From assembly GCF_009914755.1 (NCBI RefSeq), contig NC_060925.1: 64,000 bases of DNA. One strand, given 5' to 3'. Source of the DNA: the human T2T-CHM13v2.0 reference genome, Homo sapiens. Made by a program: the position numbers and the translations under genes. Under the pieces are notes generated by a model. That model did not search any database and had not been told where the DNA came from. It saw only the letters and a program-made list of their open reading frames with translations. This document shows positions 30,504 to 45,183 of the stretch, piece after piece; within the stretch, counting starts at the first letter, position 1, and each line of letters starts with the position of its first letter.

Positions 30504-31484
30504 GCAGATGAGCATATCAGAGTGGGAAAGGAGGAGACCTTTGCAGCCAGTCAGCCCTTTCTCTGAACCTCAGTTTTTCATCTGAAACTGGAGATAACAT
30601 TTCTTGCCTAATGAGTTCCTGTGAGGAGAACGCCTAGGTTAAGTGTCTGGCACACAAGATGCGGAAGGAGTAGGTTACTGTCAGGATTTTTCTTGTCATC
30701 TTGAACATGGTTCATATTTCCCCTAAGGTTGGCTTGTGATTCTAAAACCACTCAACAGTGGTGTCAGTCATCTCTGCTTGGATGTGGTCTGATCTGTTTT
30801 CTGTTAACAGTGGGACAGAGCAGGGTTTTGGGGAACAGCCATTGTTTTATCACTGTGTACATTTGCTTTATCAAGATGTTAAGGGCTGCAGTGCTGAACT
30901 GGGGGCTGTGCTCTGTCTTGCTTCTCTTTTTGAAGAGTGATTACAATGACTGACTCCAATAGGGGTGTCTTTTTATCTCATCTCCTGTCTTGTTACTACC
31001 TCTCCCTGCTCCACCACCACACAAATAGGTTTGATATATGCTTCCCAATTGATTTTTAATAAGGTTCCTTTTTTTTTTCATGTTGTAAATGTTCAGTATG
31101 CCAACTATCCTGTAACCTCCTTTAGGGCAAAAGCTGTTTCAAGGGAGCATGCATGTTTTTTTTCTCAATGCCAACAGTACTCAGGATATTTTTTGGAACC
31201 CCGTTCTAGAACTGTGGCAGAGTCCAGCATACATACTTGAGAATTCCCCAAAGGAGACAAATCTGGATTTGCGAAAGGTAGTGTTGATTTTTGAAGACTG
31301 CCAAAGTTCTATGGAAGAGGAAAATGATAAGTCATTCAGCTGATTTTACTGGTTCTTATATTTCTGAAAGTCAGCCACCTCCCATGTCTCTGCTGTTACT
31401 ATGCTTGTCCAAGCAGTTCTTGTCCCTCACCTGGGCCATGGCAGTGGCCTCCTGGTTGGTCCCCCTGTTTCCACCCTGGCCCCT

Positions 31485-33772
31485 TGATATGGTTTGGCTG
31501 TGTCTCCACTCAATCTCATCTTGAATTCAAATGTGTTGTGGGAGGGACTGGGTGGGAGGTAATTGAATCATGGGAGCAAGTCTTTCCCATGCTGCTCTTG
31601 TGATAGTGAATAAGTCTCATGAGATCTGATGGTTTTAAATAGAGGTGGTCCCCCGCACAAGCTCTCTTTCTCTTCTCTTGTCTGCCACCATGTGAGATGT
31701 GCCTTTCACCTTCTGCCATGACTGTGAGGCCTCCCTAGCCACATGGAACTGTAAGTCCAATAAACCCTTTTCTCTTATAAATTGCCCAGTCTTGCAGCAG
31801 TGCGAAAATGGACTAATACAGTGAATTGGTATCAGTAGAGTGGGGTGCTGCTGAAAAGATACCCAAAATGTGGAAGCAACTTTGGAACTGGGTAACGAGC
31901 AGAGGTTAAAACAGTTTGGAGGGCTCAGAAGAAGTCAGGAAAATGTGGGAAAGTTTGGAACTTCCTAGAGACCTGTTGAATGGCTTTGACAAAAATGCTG
32001 ATGGTGATATGAACAATAAGGTCTAGGCTGAGGTGGTCTCAGATGGAGATCAGGAACTTGTTGGGAACTGGAGCAAAGGTGACTCTACGCTTTGTTTTAG
32101 CAGAGACAGATGGCATTTTGCCCCTACCCTAGAGATTTGTGGAACTTTGAACTTGAGACAGATGATTTAGGGTATCTGGTGAAAGAAACTTCTAAGCAGC
32201 AAAGCATTCAAGAGGTGACTTGGGTGCTGTTAAAGGCATTCAGTTTTAAAAGGGAAACAGAAAATAAAAGTTTGGAAAATTTGCAGCCTGACAATGTAAT
32301 AGAAAAGAAAATCTCATTTTCTGAGGTGAAATTGAAGCTGGATGCAAAAATTTGCTTAAGTAATGAGGAGCCAAATGTTAATCCCCAAGACAATGGGAAA
32401 AATGTCTCCAGAGCATGCCAGAGGTCTTCATGGCAGCCCCTCCCATCATAGGCCTAAAGGCCTAAGAGGAAAATGTGGTTTTGTGGGCCTGGCCCAGGGT
32501 CCCTGTGCTGTGTGCAGGCTAGGGATTTGGTGCCCTGCATCCCAGCCACTCCAGCTGTGGCTGAAAAGGGCCAACATAGAGCTTGGGCCATGGCTTCAGA
32601 GGGTGCAAGCCCCAAGCCTTGGCAGCTTCTACATGGTGTTGAGCCTGTGAGTGCACAGAAGTAAAGAACTGGGGTTTGGAAACCTCTGCCTAGATTTCAG
32701 AAGATGTGTGGAAATGCCTGGATGCCCAGGCAGAAGTTTGCTGTAGGGGCAGGGTCCTCATGGAGAACCTCTGCTAGGGCAGTGCAGAAGCGAAATATGG
32801 AGTTGGAGCCCCCACACAGAGTTTCTACTGGGGCACCACCTAGTGGAGCTGTGAAAAGAGGGCCACCATCTTCCAGACCCCAGAATGGTAGATCCACCAA
32901 CAGCTTGCACCGTATGCCTGGAAAAATCACAAGACACTCAACACTAGCCCATAAAAGCAGCCAAGAGGGGGGCTATACCTTGCAAAGCCATGGGGGCAGA
33001 GCTGCCCAAGGCCATGGGAGCCCACTTCTTGCATCAGCGTGACCTGGACTTGAGACATGGAGTCTAAGGAGATCATTTTGGAGCTTTAAGATTTTACTGC
33101 CCTGCTGGATTTCAGACTTTCATGGGGCCTACAGCCCCTTTGTTTTGACCAATTTCTCCCATTTGGAATGACTATATTTACCCAATGCCTGTACCCCCGT
33201 TGTATCTAGGAAGTAACTAACTTGCTTTTGATTTTATAGGCTCATAGGCAGAAGGGACTTGCCTTGTCTCAGATGAGACTTTGTACTGTGGACTTTTGAG
33301 TTAATGCTGAAATGAGTTAAGACTTTGGGGAGCTGTTGAGAAGGCATGATTGGTTTTGAAATGTGAGGACATGAGATTTGGGAGGGGCTGGGGCAGAATG
33401 GTATGGTTTGGCTGTGTCCCCACCCAGATCTCATCTTGAATTTCCATGTGTTGTGGGAGGGACCTAGTGGGAGGTAATTGAATCATGGGGGCAAGTCTTT
33501 CCCATGCTGTTCTCGTAATCGTGAATAAGTCTCATGATATCATGATAAATCTCATGATATGATGGTTTTAAAAAGAGGCATTCTGCTACACAAGCTCTCT
33601 CTCTTTGTCTGCTGCCATGCACTTAAGATGTGACTTTCTCCTCCTTGCCTTCCATCATGATTGTGAGGCCTCCTCAGCCAAGTGGAACTGTAAGTCCAAT
33701 AAACCTTTTTATTTTGTAAATTGCTCAGTCTCAGCTATGTCTTTATCAGCAGCATGAAAATGGACTAATACA
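31485..33772 (+). mobile_element. Full-length THE1 (THE1B-like) MaLR: LTR 31485-31820, internal 31821-33398, LTR 33399-33772
   Basis: Both LTRs read tg(a/g)tatggtttggctgtgtc...ggactaataca; purine tract before the 3' LTR; near-TSD cccct/ccccc. Confidence 0.95.
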
Positions 33773-34370
33773 CCCCCTCAGCAGCTGTTTACAGCATAGC
33801 AATCAAAGTGATTCCTGATAAAATATTGGTCAGATCAAAGTCTTCTCTTTAAAGCTCTACAGTGGCTTCGTATCTCACCCTGAGTAGAAGCCAAGTCCTT
33901 ACCATGACTTAGGAGGCTGGCTCTGACCTGTTCCTTAGTCACCCACCCCTCAGCCATAATTTCCCCCTCATTCATAGGGCTCCCCCATTTGTCAATGACC
34001 TCTTTGCTCTTCCTCAGACACTGCACTCACTCCTTCCTGTGGCTTGTGGCCACTGTTCCCTCCACCCACAGTGCTTTTCCCAACTACCCATATGGTTGGT
34101 TCTCTTTATTTCTTTAGGTCTTTCCTTAGAGACCACCTGCTCAGGGAGACCTTCTTTGGCCACCGTACCTAAGATCTCAGAGTCGCTTTTCCCAACACAT
34201 CCTAGCCCCAATGTCTACTGTGCTTTTCTCCTTGATAATCTTCATTATCTGCCATATTTGATCTATTCCATCTTTATGTTGTTTATAATCTTATCTCTAC
34301 CTCTAGCCATAAACTACTGGAGATGTGTCTGGTCCACAGTGGGTGTTCAATAAGTGTTTTTTAATGAATT
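33773..34370 (+). mobile_element. L2a 3' region (its 5' part lies at ~31360-31484, split by THE1)
   Basis: aaagctctacagtggctt...cagggagaccttctttggccacc...gtgttcaataagtgttttttaatgaat. Confidence 0.7.
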
Positions 34371-36393
34371 TAACTAAAATGTCAAAATAAGATTCAACTA
34401 TAAGGAATGTCCTTCAAATAAGTATGTAACTTATAAAGGGGATTCTGTTGAGAAACATCACTCATTTATTCGGATTTGGAAATTCTGCTCCATTTGTTTT
34501 AAAGATATCTAAATATTGATGAAGAAAGAAATGTATATAACTATGCATCTTCTGTGACTTATTCAGAGCTAATTCTGATGAAGTATTTAATATTAATAGA
34601 TAATAACCATGTAGGTAAAAAAATAAAATAAAATTATGTAATAAATTAATGAAACTGATATTCTTGGGTACCCCATAAACTTGATGTTTTCAGAAAAAAC
34701 AAGCTCTTTATTTATTTATTTGGGCTTGTTAGTTTATAGTCACATGCCCTAAATTAAAGTGCTCACTTAAATTATAGTACAGGCCACATATGTTATAGGT
34801 GCCAGGAGGTAGGAATCAAGTTAGAAGTCTACTCCCCAAGTTCACATGTGTTAGTGTTAAAGTCAGAGTGGAATTGGAAGGGGGAGGTCAAATAAAAAAT
34901 TAGAAGATATGGCTCCAGAGAGCTTGAGGTCTTGTGGACAGTCTTTCCCTCAATGGCAGGAAATAGGTAGGTCATTGTCAAAATTTATACTGCTGGGCTG
35001 TGTGGTACAGCCTCAAAGACTGTAGGAATTCAGCTAAGAAAAAGACAGTACAGTCTTGATTTAATTCTCCTTCAAATTCTACCATTACGTATTGTACTGC
35101 ACCCCTCTCTCGCCTGGTCTATACTGATGTGGCTTTAGTCCAGTTGAATCCTTTTCTCTTTTGTGTGATTTATACCTGATGGTCTCATGAATGCTACTGA
35201 GCTGCAGCATCTGACAGACTTTCTGTTCACACAAAGGACTCCTTCATCCCTTCAACCTGGAGAAATGGATTTACTTGTTTATGCACATGTGCATTCAGCA
35301 CAAAGGTTCATCTGTAAAGTTTTTTTTTTTAATGAAGGAAACAATAGGGAATTATAAGGTATTTCATCACAGAGGAGAGACTTTTCTGTGTGTGTGTGCA
35401 TGTGTGTTGTGTGCGTGTATGTGTGTATGTGTGTAACTTGAAGGCACATCTAGTGACATTTCCATAAAGGTCATCAAAGGTCTGCGTATGCCATACTGTA
35501 TCATAATTTCACATGGGTATGTATAATACAGGTGTATATCAATGTGTAATACTCTGTACTGTAAAGCGAAAGAGTTCACGTAGTGATGTAATAATGTAGC
35601 TATCTGAGCTCCAAAGAGACTTGTATTCTCAGTCTTCTGAGGCTGATATGTATTCCACGGGAGCTGACTGAAGGCCCTCGTGAAGCTCTTGCCAGGTATA
35701 CATTACTTACGACCTCTTAGACAGATGCAATTATAAAGGAGCCATGACAATTACAGGACATGGTGATGGCAGAAGCAAGGTAAGTACTGGGTGTGTTAAG
35801 CCACTTCTGAAGGATAATCATGCAGTGTGTCGGTGTGGTAGGCACCCCCAAAGTGACCCAGCATAATCAAGGAGGCTACAGTTAGACAGGAAGAGAGAGC
35901 TCCATTTGTGCCTCCTTGAAATAAAAGCCACTGTACCCAGTTCTGATTCTCTATAAAGCTCCACTGGCTATTATTTGGAAATTCTCTTTCTTGCTTTCTC
36001 TCCCTCATTTCATTTTTATAATGAAATAAATAGAAAGGGTAAAATACAGTATTAAATTGCTTATTCTGTCTGATAATTCTTTCTGTCCTTCTTGATATAT
36101 ATAATCTCTGTGGTGGGTTTCTGGATGTGTTTAAAATTCCAAGAAGCAGTTTTTTTTTTTTTTATCACTATAAAAGACCGATTTGTTCAGGGGCTTATTT
36201 GTCACTTGATCAAATGTGTCTTTCTAATGAAGTCTGTTAACTAATAAGAATATACCAAGCAGGGATTGGGTAAGCTGCCATGAAAAATACTCTGTGGGGG
36301 TAATAAGAGAGAGAAAGAACATTTTTTGCTTTGAAGGAGCTCATAGTTAGATTTAGCATTATACTCCCCACAGTATAATTTATGAATCACTAC

Positions 36394-36863
36394 TGTTAGA
36401 AGTGGGATTGTGTCCCTTCCCCTACACATAAAAAAAAGATATGTTGAAGTCATAATCCCCAGTACTTTGGAATGTGATCTGATTTGAAAATAGGCTCATT
36501 GCAGATATAATTAGTTGAGATGAGGTCATCCTGCAGGAGGGTGGGTCCCTAATCCAGTATGACTGGTGTCCTTATAAAAAGACAGCCATGTGAAGACTCA
36601 GTCACAGGGAGCCTGCCATGTGAAGATGAAGGCAGAAATTGAAGCTATGCAACTATAGCCAAGGAACACCAAAAATTGCCAGCAAACCACCAGATGCTAG
36701 AAGAGGCAAAGAAGGATCCTCCCTGGAGGCGTCAGAGAGATCATGGCCCAGCCAACACCGTGATTTCAGACTTCTAGCCCCCAGATTTGTGACAGGATAA
36801 GTTAGTGTTATAAGTCACCCAGTTTGTGGTACTTTGTTACTACAGTTCTAGGTTACCCATACA
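36394..36863 (+). mobile_element. MLT1C-like solo LTR
   Basis: tg...gatgaggtcatc...ccagtatgactggtgtccttataa...cccagtttgtggtactttgtta...taca. Confidence 0.85.
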
Positions 36864-36941
36864 CCTATCAAGCCAACTCTCCCTAAATCCTAGTATATAT
36901 TGTTAGAAAAGATAAAAGGGCACTGAAGAGAGAGGAGGATG

Positions 36942-37296
36942 CCTTCCTTCCTTCCTTCTTTCTTTCTTTCTTCTTGTTTTTTTTGTTTTTTTGTTTTCTT
37001 TTTTTTTGTTTTTGACAGAGTCTCGCTCTGTCACCCAGGCTGGAATGCAGTGGTACAATCTTGGCTCGCTGCAGCCTCAACCTCCCAGGCTCAACAGATC
37101 CTCCTGCCCCAGCCTTTTGAGTAACTGGGACTACAGATGTGCACCACCATGTCCAGCTAATTTTTAAAAATGTTTTCATAGAGGTGAGGTCTCATTATGT
37201 TGCTCAGACTGGTCTCAAACTTCTGGGCTCAAACGATCCTTCCATCTCAGCGTCCCATAGTGCTGAGATTACAGGCGTGAGGCACCACGCCTGGCC
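36942..37296 (-). mobile_element. AluJ with (CCTT)n/(TTTC)n tail
   Basis: Diverged dimer. Confidence 0.9.
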
Positions 37297-39212
37297 TTGT
37301 TCTCCCTTCTAATGAACCAGCACATCCCTATTACCTGGACTGTGTTCTCTTAGTGCTGGTTTTTTGGATGTTCATAGTCATCCTTTTACACTCTCCTCTC
37401 TACAGGAAATCTTCCCTGACCTCATCTACCTGGCAAGGATAGATGCCCTGCCTGTAACATTTCCTGGTAACCTATGAACACATCGTTTTAAGTTTTTGTT
37501 GAGATGTCTATATTCCCTTACTACCCAATGCACTCCTTTAAGAACAGGCACCATCTTATTATCCTGGGGTATACGTATAATGCAATGCTTTGCTTACAGC
37601 CAGTGCTTAATATTTGTTGAACTAAACTGGAGGAAGTGAGGTATAAAATAAAATCAAACAAATGAATAAATGAGGACTCAAGTGCATACAAGATGCTCGG
37701 CAATGAATGAATGACTGAACAAACAAATTAACTGATCATATTAAATATTTGAATATTATTAGTTATTATTATTACTTTGAATGAGGGTAAAAGGCTCCTC
37801 CAAAGCCAATGAAAGCCTTCCAGAGTATGGATGTGGGAGTGATGTGTTGGAGAATCATTTGTTCCTGCTGTAGGTAAGCCAAGAAATGCTCACAGGAGTG
37901 TGTTCTCTGTGCCTGTCTGCCTGAGAGAAAATCTTGGTCTTTAATAACACGGTTTTGACCTAGAGAGTCAGATTTCTCCAAAATTAATCAATGAATATGT
38001 ATTCTACCAGTGTCAGCAAACCAAAATATAAGGGTTTGTGGGGATTTAAATAAGTTTATGTTTCCCTCTCTCTTTTATGGGCTTAATATTCTATTGGAGG
38101 AAATGGACATTTCCACACATCCAGGATTACCCTTGAAGCCACTATGCGCAAGGGACCACATGCTCAGCAAATCCCGTAGCATTGCATGGGGAACTAGGGA
38201 AAGGGACCTGACTTTAGTTTAGAGTGAAAGTAAGCATGTCATTGAAAAACTGGGCTTCAAGTTTGGATTAGAAGAGTGGAAAGGCTTGTTTTGTTTTGTT
38301 TTTTAGGAGAAAACTGGAGGAGGGAAAGGCATTCTGATAGGGTTGCTAGTTAGAAGCCAAAGTTTGGAAGTTTGGAGTATATAATCCATGTTTTAGAGAT
38401 ATTGTTTAGATTAGGCTTCTAGGGATGAAAGGCGCGTGTGAGATGATAGGTTGGTGGCCAGTTGTGTTATCAATACTAAACTAAGGAATCTGGAGTTTAT
38501 TCACTAGGCATTAGAAGCCTCTGAAAGTTTTTGACAAGGTAGGGAACATAATCATAACAATAACTCACACGTATTGAATACCAGGCAATGTGACTGATGC
38601 TCTCCCTACTCCGTGACACTTAATTTTCTCGACAAACATACAAGGTGCGTTTTACTATTCCTTTTCATTGATGAGAGAATTATAGATCCAGTAAGCCATA
38701 GTTTAGGCTTGTCTGACTCCAAAGCCTCTGGACCTTTTCGCTACGCTAATGATTTTCAAAGGCACTTGGCACAGCCCTATGGCTTCTTCAAAGAACTCTA
38801 AGGGACCACTGAGTAAATGGAATGGATTGATTGTCAGGTGGCCCAGATGGCCAGGACCCTTAGTCAATGAGTGAAATTCCACTTTTTTCTGCTGTATACC
38901 CTGCATATCACAGAGTGTTGATTTCAGAAATGGCCACCAGGAAGGAGGTAACTAAGAAGCCAGCAACAGGTTCTGGTTTTGGCCTTATGATTTTAACATT
39001 GTTATCACCAACATGATGAAGACATTGGCTGCACTGTTGCTAGTGCTCTGTGGCTCCGAAGAGTAGCTTATACATTGAATAGCAAACTGAAAATTCAGAG
39101 AGATTCCAAAAGGCTAAAACTTGGGTCAGATAATAGAGTTCAACATTAACAGATATATATGTGTAATTTGCATTTATGTTTGAAAAATGAATTATATAAA
39201 TACAGGCTACAG

Positions 39213-39395
39213 CAGTGGTTCTCAGAGTAATCCCTGGTTAGCAGCTTCTACATCACCTGGGAACTTGTTAGAAATGCAGATTCTTGGGCCTCCACCTCAT
39301 CCTATTAAATCAGAGGCTCTGGGGATGGGGCTTAGCAATCTGTGTTAATGAGCACTCCAGATGTTTCTGAAGCAGGCTAACATTGGAGACCACTG
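39213..39395. mobile_element. MER5A, within a probable CR1/L3 remnant
   Basis: cagtggttctca...gagaccactg termini; TSD ggctacag/ggctagaa. Confidence 0.85.
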
Positions 39396-39963
39396 GGCTA
39401 GAAAGACCAACCCTCCTCCCTTCTTGCTTTGCATTATTTCTTTCTCTTTATTCCACCTCATTCCAGAAAGGATTTGGAGTGGAAAAATCTGACTTAACAA
39501 CAGTTTGTGAATAAGAACAAAGGTTTTATTTTACAAAAAAATTTCTGTGACTCAATGATGTGTTGTGGCTGCTGCCAAAAGTAAATAGTTTGCATTAAAA
39601 GTAGTGACCAGAACAAGGGAAGCAATAGCTACTCCCCTCTTCACATTTGACAGGTTCTGTATATCTCCATATTCTGTTAGACCATATCTGGAGTTTGTTG
39701 AGGAACTAATTTTAAGAAGACATTGGAAAGGGTTTTAACAAGGATGGTGACACACCTTGAAGTTTTGCCTTAAAGGGATCAGTTGAGGGAAGCCACCTCT
39801 TGTGACTAGAGCCTGACATGGAAAAGAAAGAATTTTACATCTTTCTCCAGAGGGCGAAAAACAATATTGGAAAGCCTTCTCCACTGGTATTAAGAGGGAA
39901 AGTCATTAGTCCAGGCTTTTCCTGAAGGGCTTTGTTAACACACCTAAGTGCTTCAGGCTTCCG

Positions 39964-40282
39964 TTTTTTGTTTGTTTGTTTGTTTGTTTTTGTTTTTTAT
40001 TTAGTTGGAGTCTTGCTCCATCACGGAGGCTGGAGTGCAGTGGTGTGTTCTCGGCTCACCACAAGCTCCGTCTCCTGGGTTCACGCCATTCTCCTGCCTC
40101 AGCCTCCCGAGTAGCTGGGATTACAGGTGCCAGCCACCACGCCCGGCTAATTTTTTGTATTTTTAGTAGAGACGGGATTTCACCGTGTTAGCCAGGATGG
40201 TCTTGATCTCCTGACCTCATAATCTGCCCACCTCAGCCTCCCAAAGTGCTAGGATTACAGATGTGAGCCACCGTGCCCGACC
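39964..40282 (-). mobile_element. AluY-like with (TTTG)n tail
   Basis: caagctccg...tcacgccattctcc...gtgttagccaggatgg. Confidence 0.93.
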
Positions 40283-42092
40283 TGGTCTTCTGTTTCTTTT
40301 AGAATGCAGATAATAAGGGCCATGATGTTCATCCCACAAGATTTCTGTGAAGGGCTAAAAACATGGCAAAAAGTTCAAATATTTGAAAAACTACAATGGT
40401 TGTACAAATATGAGGCAATGGCGCTATTATTAAGGAAGACTAGTTGATGGAAATTTTAAGTCCAAGATAATGGAGAATCTCAACAATATGGATTGTCCAA
40501 AAGGGGGACGACCTTTCTCATTAAATAGTGAGTTCACGGTCATGAGAGGCCTTTAGACAAAGAGATGTTAGAGAATGAACTGTATGGGATTGAAGCAGAT
40601 GGTTTCAAAGTGCCTTGCCAATGCCAGTATTTCATAATGCTGAAGTGAATGACTTGAGGTCAGGCAGATCTGAGAGACTCGTGCTCACAGCCAGCAGAGT
40701 GAATGTTTGATTCATCATTTGTTCATCACTACTTGCAAGTCACTGCAAACATTTAAAACATTTAAATACATTTAAACACTGAACACACTTAAAGATATTT
40801 AATGATTAAACATATTTAAAGCGTTAAAAACATTAAATGCATTTAAAAACAAGATGGGCCCACACTAATGAACCTGGTGTCAATTTTTCTCTACAGCACT
40901 ATAGTTAAATTCCCTTTGCATTAGAAGTCTGATTGAATAGCCCCATGGTCTCCTGTGGATCTGTTGATGTATGAATTTGGAAAGTAACATTGAATTCCCA
41001 ATGCTTTCTTATAACTCTTTGCAATGTCTCATAGACGTGTAAGAGATGTTGCCCTTAGTGTCTAACCCAAGTCCTGAGTTGTTTTACAGCATTTTTATTT
41101 TAAGGTTAAGATTTCTTCTGGCTATAATTTTGCATCTAGACTTCTACTTGTTTTTTCCCCCCTCAAACTATTGGGTAACATCAGTGACTTTCACCTTTAT
41201 CCACTGCCCAGTTGGCTGCTTTCCAATGGCAGAGAAATGAATGGATGCTTTTGTGTAGGGAGTTGTGTAATTCAATGAAGAGCTTGGAGCCTTGCTGAAG
41301 GCGATATGTGGGTATTTCACACATATTATATCTAATGATTATATATCAGTAATGTAATGAAGGTGGCATTCAAACATCACTGTGGGTGGCAGCTAAGCCA
41401 AAGACAGCTAAATCTTATTTTTAATACATGAGAAGCCCCCTTTTCTAATTCAATCAGAAACAGTTGTTGGTCAGTTAAAGATTAAAAAATCAGTTAAAGC
41501 CAGGGATTAGAAAAACATAGGAGAGAGAAACAGAAAGAGAGAGATGCAAACCTTAAATTTTTAAAACTTAAAACAAATATATATGTATGTACATATGGAT
41601 GTATACATACACATTCACATGCTGAGGCTGAGTTCTTTTTGTGAAAGGCCAAGGACTTTTCTTTGACATGGATGTGCCAATTACCAATCCATGTCATTTT
41701 GTTTTGTATAAATCACATTTATAGTGCATCATCTACAATTTCTATTTTTATTTTTCTGAAGTAGAGATGTTTAAGGACAATTGCTGAGCAACCTGAGTGT
41801 AGGATTCTTCTAACTTTTTATCGTATTATTTCTTCTGTAGCTGTCTCTCTCATACCTAAAATTAGAAAAAAAATTATTGTGATAAAATATACATAATATA
41901 AACATTACAGTTTAACCATCCTTTAAGTATACAAGTCAGCAGCATTAAGTACATTCACCACAATATTGTATAGCCATCACCACTATCCATTTCTAGAACT
42001 TTTTTTATCGCCAGCAGAAACTCTGTACCCATTAAACAATACCTTCTAATTACCTTCTACACCCCTACTAACCTCTAACCTCTATTCTGCTT

Positions 42093-44090
<1,998 letters not shown>

Positions 44091-44904
44091 TAAAGTACCT
44101 TTTGTAAGTGGAATCACAATATTTGTCCTTCTGTGTCAGCTTATTTCACTTAGCATAATCCTCAGAGTTCATCCATGTCATGTAGCATGTGTCTGAATTT
44201 TATTCTTTCTTATGGCTGAATAATATCTTAGTGGATGAGTGTACTACATTTTGTTTATGCATTCATCTCTTGATGAGTACTTGAATTTTTTCCCACCTTT
44301 TGACTATTGTGAGTAATGCTGCTATGAACATTGATGTATAAGTATTGCTTGAGTGCCAGCTTTCAGTTCTTTTGGCTATATATCTTAAGAATGGAATTTC
44401 TGGATCATGGGGTAATTCAATGTTTGCCTTTTTGAGGAACTAGCAAACTGTTTTCCAAAAAACTTTCTTTCCTATAGGAACTTGTCTTTATGAAGACTTT
44501 CCAAGACAGTCAACTGGCTTTCGGAGAAGAAACAGCTCTCTTTACTTTTGGTCCTGCATTTCATCAGTTTCTAGACCATTTAATTAACTTGCATAATTAC
44601 AATAACAAGTCCAAGTGTCATAAGCAGGTTTAGAAATGTATATCATTTCATGCTTTCTAGGGAAAAAAAGAAATGTATAAAATTGATATTTGTTAAGCAT
44701 ACAACTCAACTGGTAAGAGTGGAAGTGCTTGGAGAGTAACTTTCCCCAATGATCCCCAGTGTGCTTTGGGCATCAGCCAATATATATTATAAAACACAGA
44801 ATTAATGGAGAATGCTGGTTACTCTGGCCAGTTAAGGGGAGGCCAGTTAAGAGAGCTTCTACTATTCAACTAAATTATCTTTGTCATGATAAGATACATA
44901 AAGA

Positions 44905-45183
44905 GGCCGGGCGTGGTAGCTCAAGCCTGTAATCCTAGCACTTTGGGAGGCTGAGGTGGGTGGCTCGAGACCAGCCTGGGCAACATGGCAAAACCCCGTC
45001 TCTACTAAAAATATAAAAAATTAGCCGGGCATGGGTGGCGCACACCTGTAGTCCCAGCTACTCCGGAGTCTGAGGCGAGAGAATCACTTGAACCCTGGAG
45101 GCGGAGGTTGCAGTGAGCCAAGATCACACCACTGTACTCCAACCTGGGTGATAGAGTGAGACCCTGTCTCAAAAAAAAAAAAA
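44905..45183 (+). mobile_element. AluS with left-arm deletion
   Basis: ggccgggcgtggtagctc...gtctcaaaa; lacks the atcacctgaggtcaggag segment. Confidence 0.92.

Noticed and set aside
32110-33042. ORFs within the THE1 internal region
   Set aside because: Broken pieces of the MaLR internal ORF in different frames
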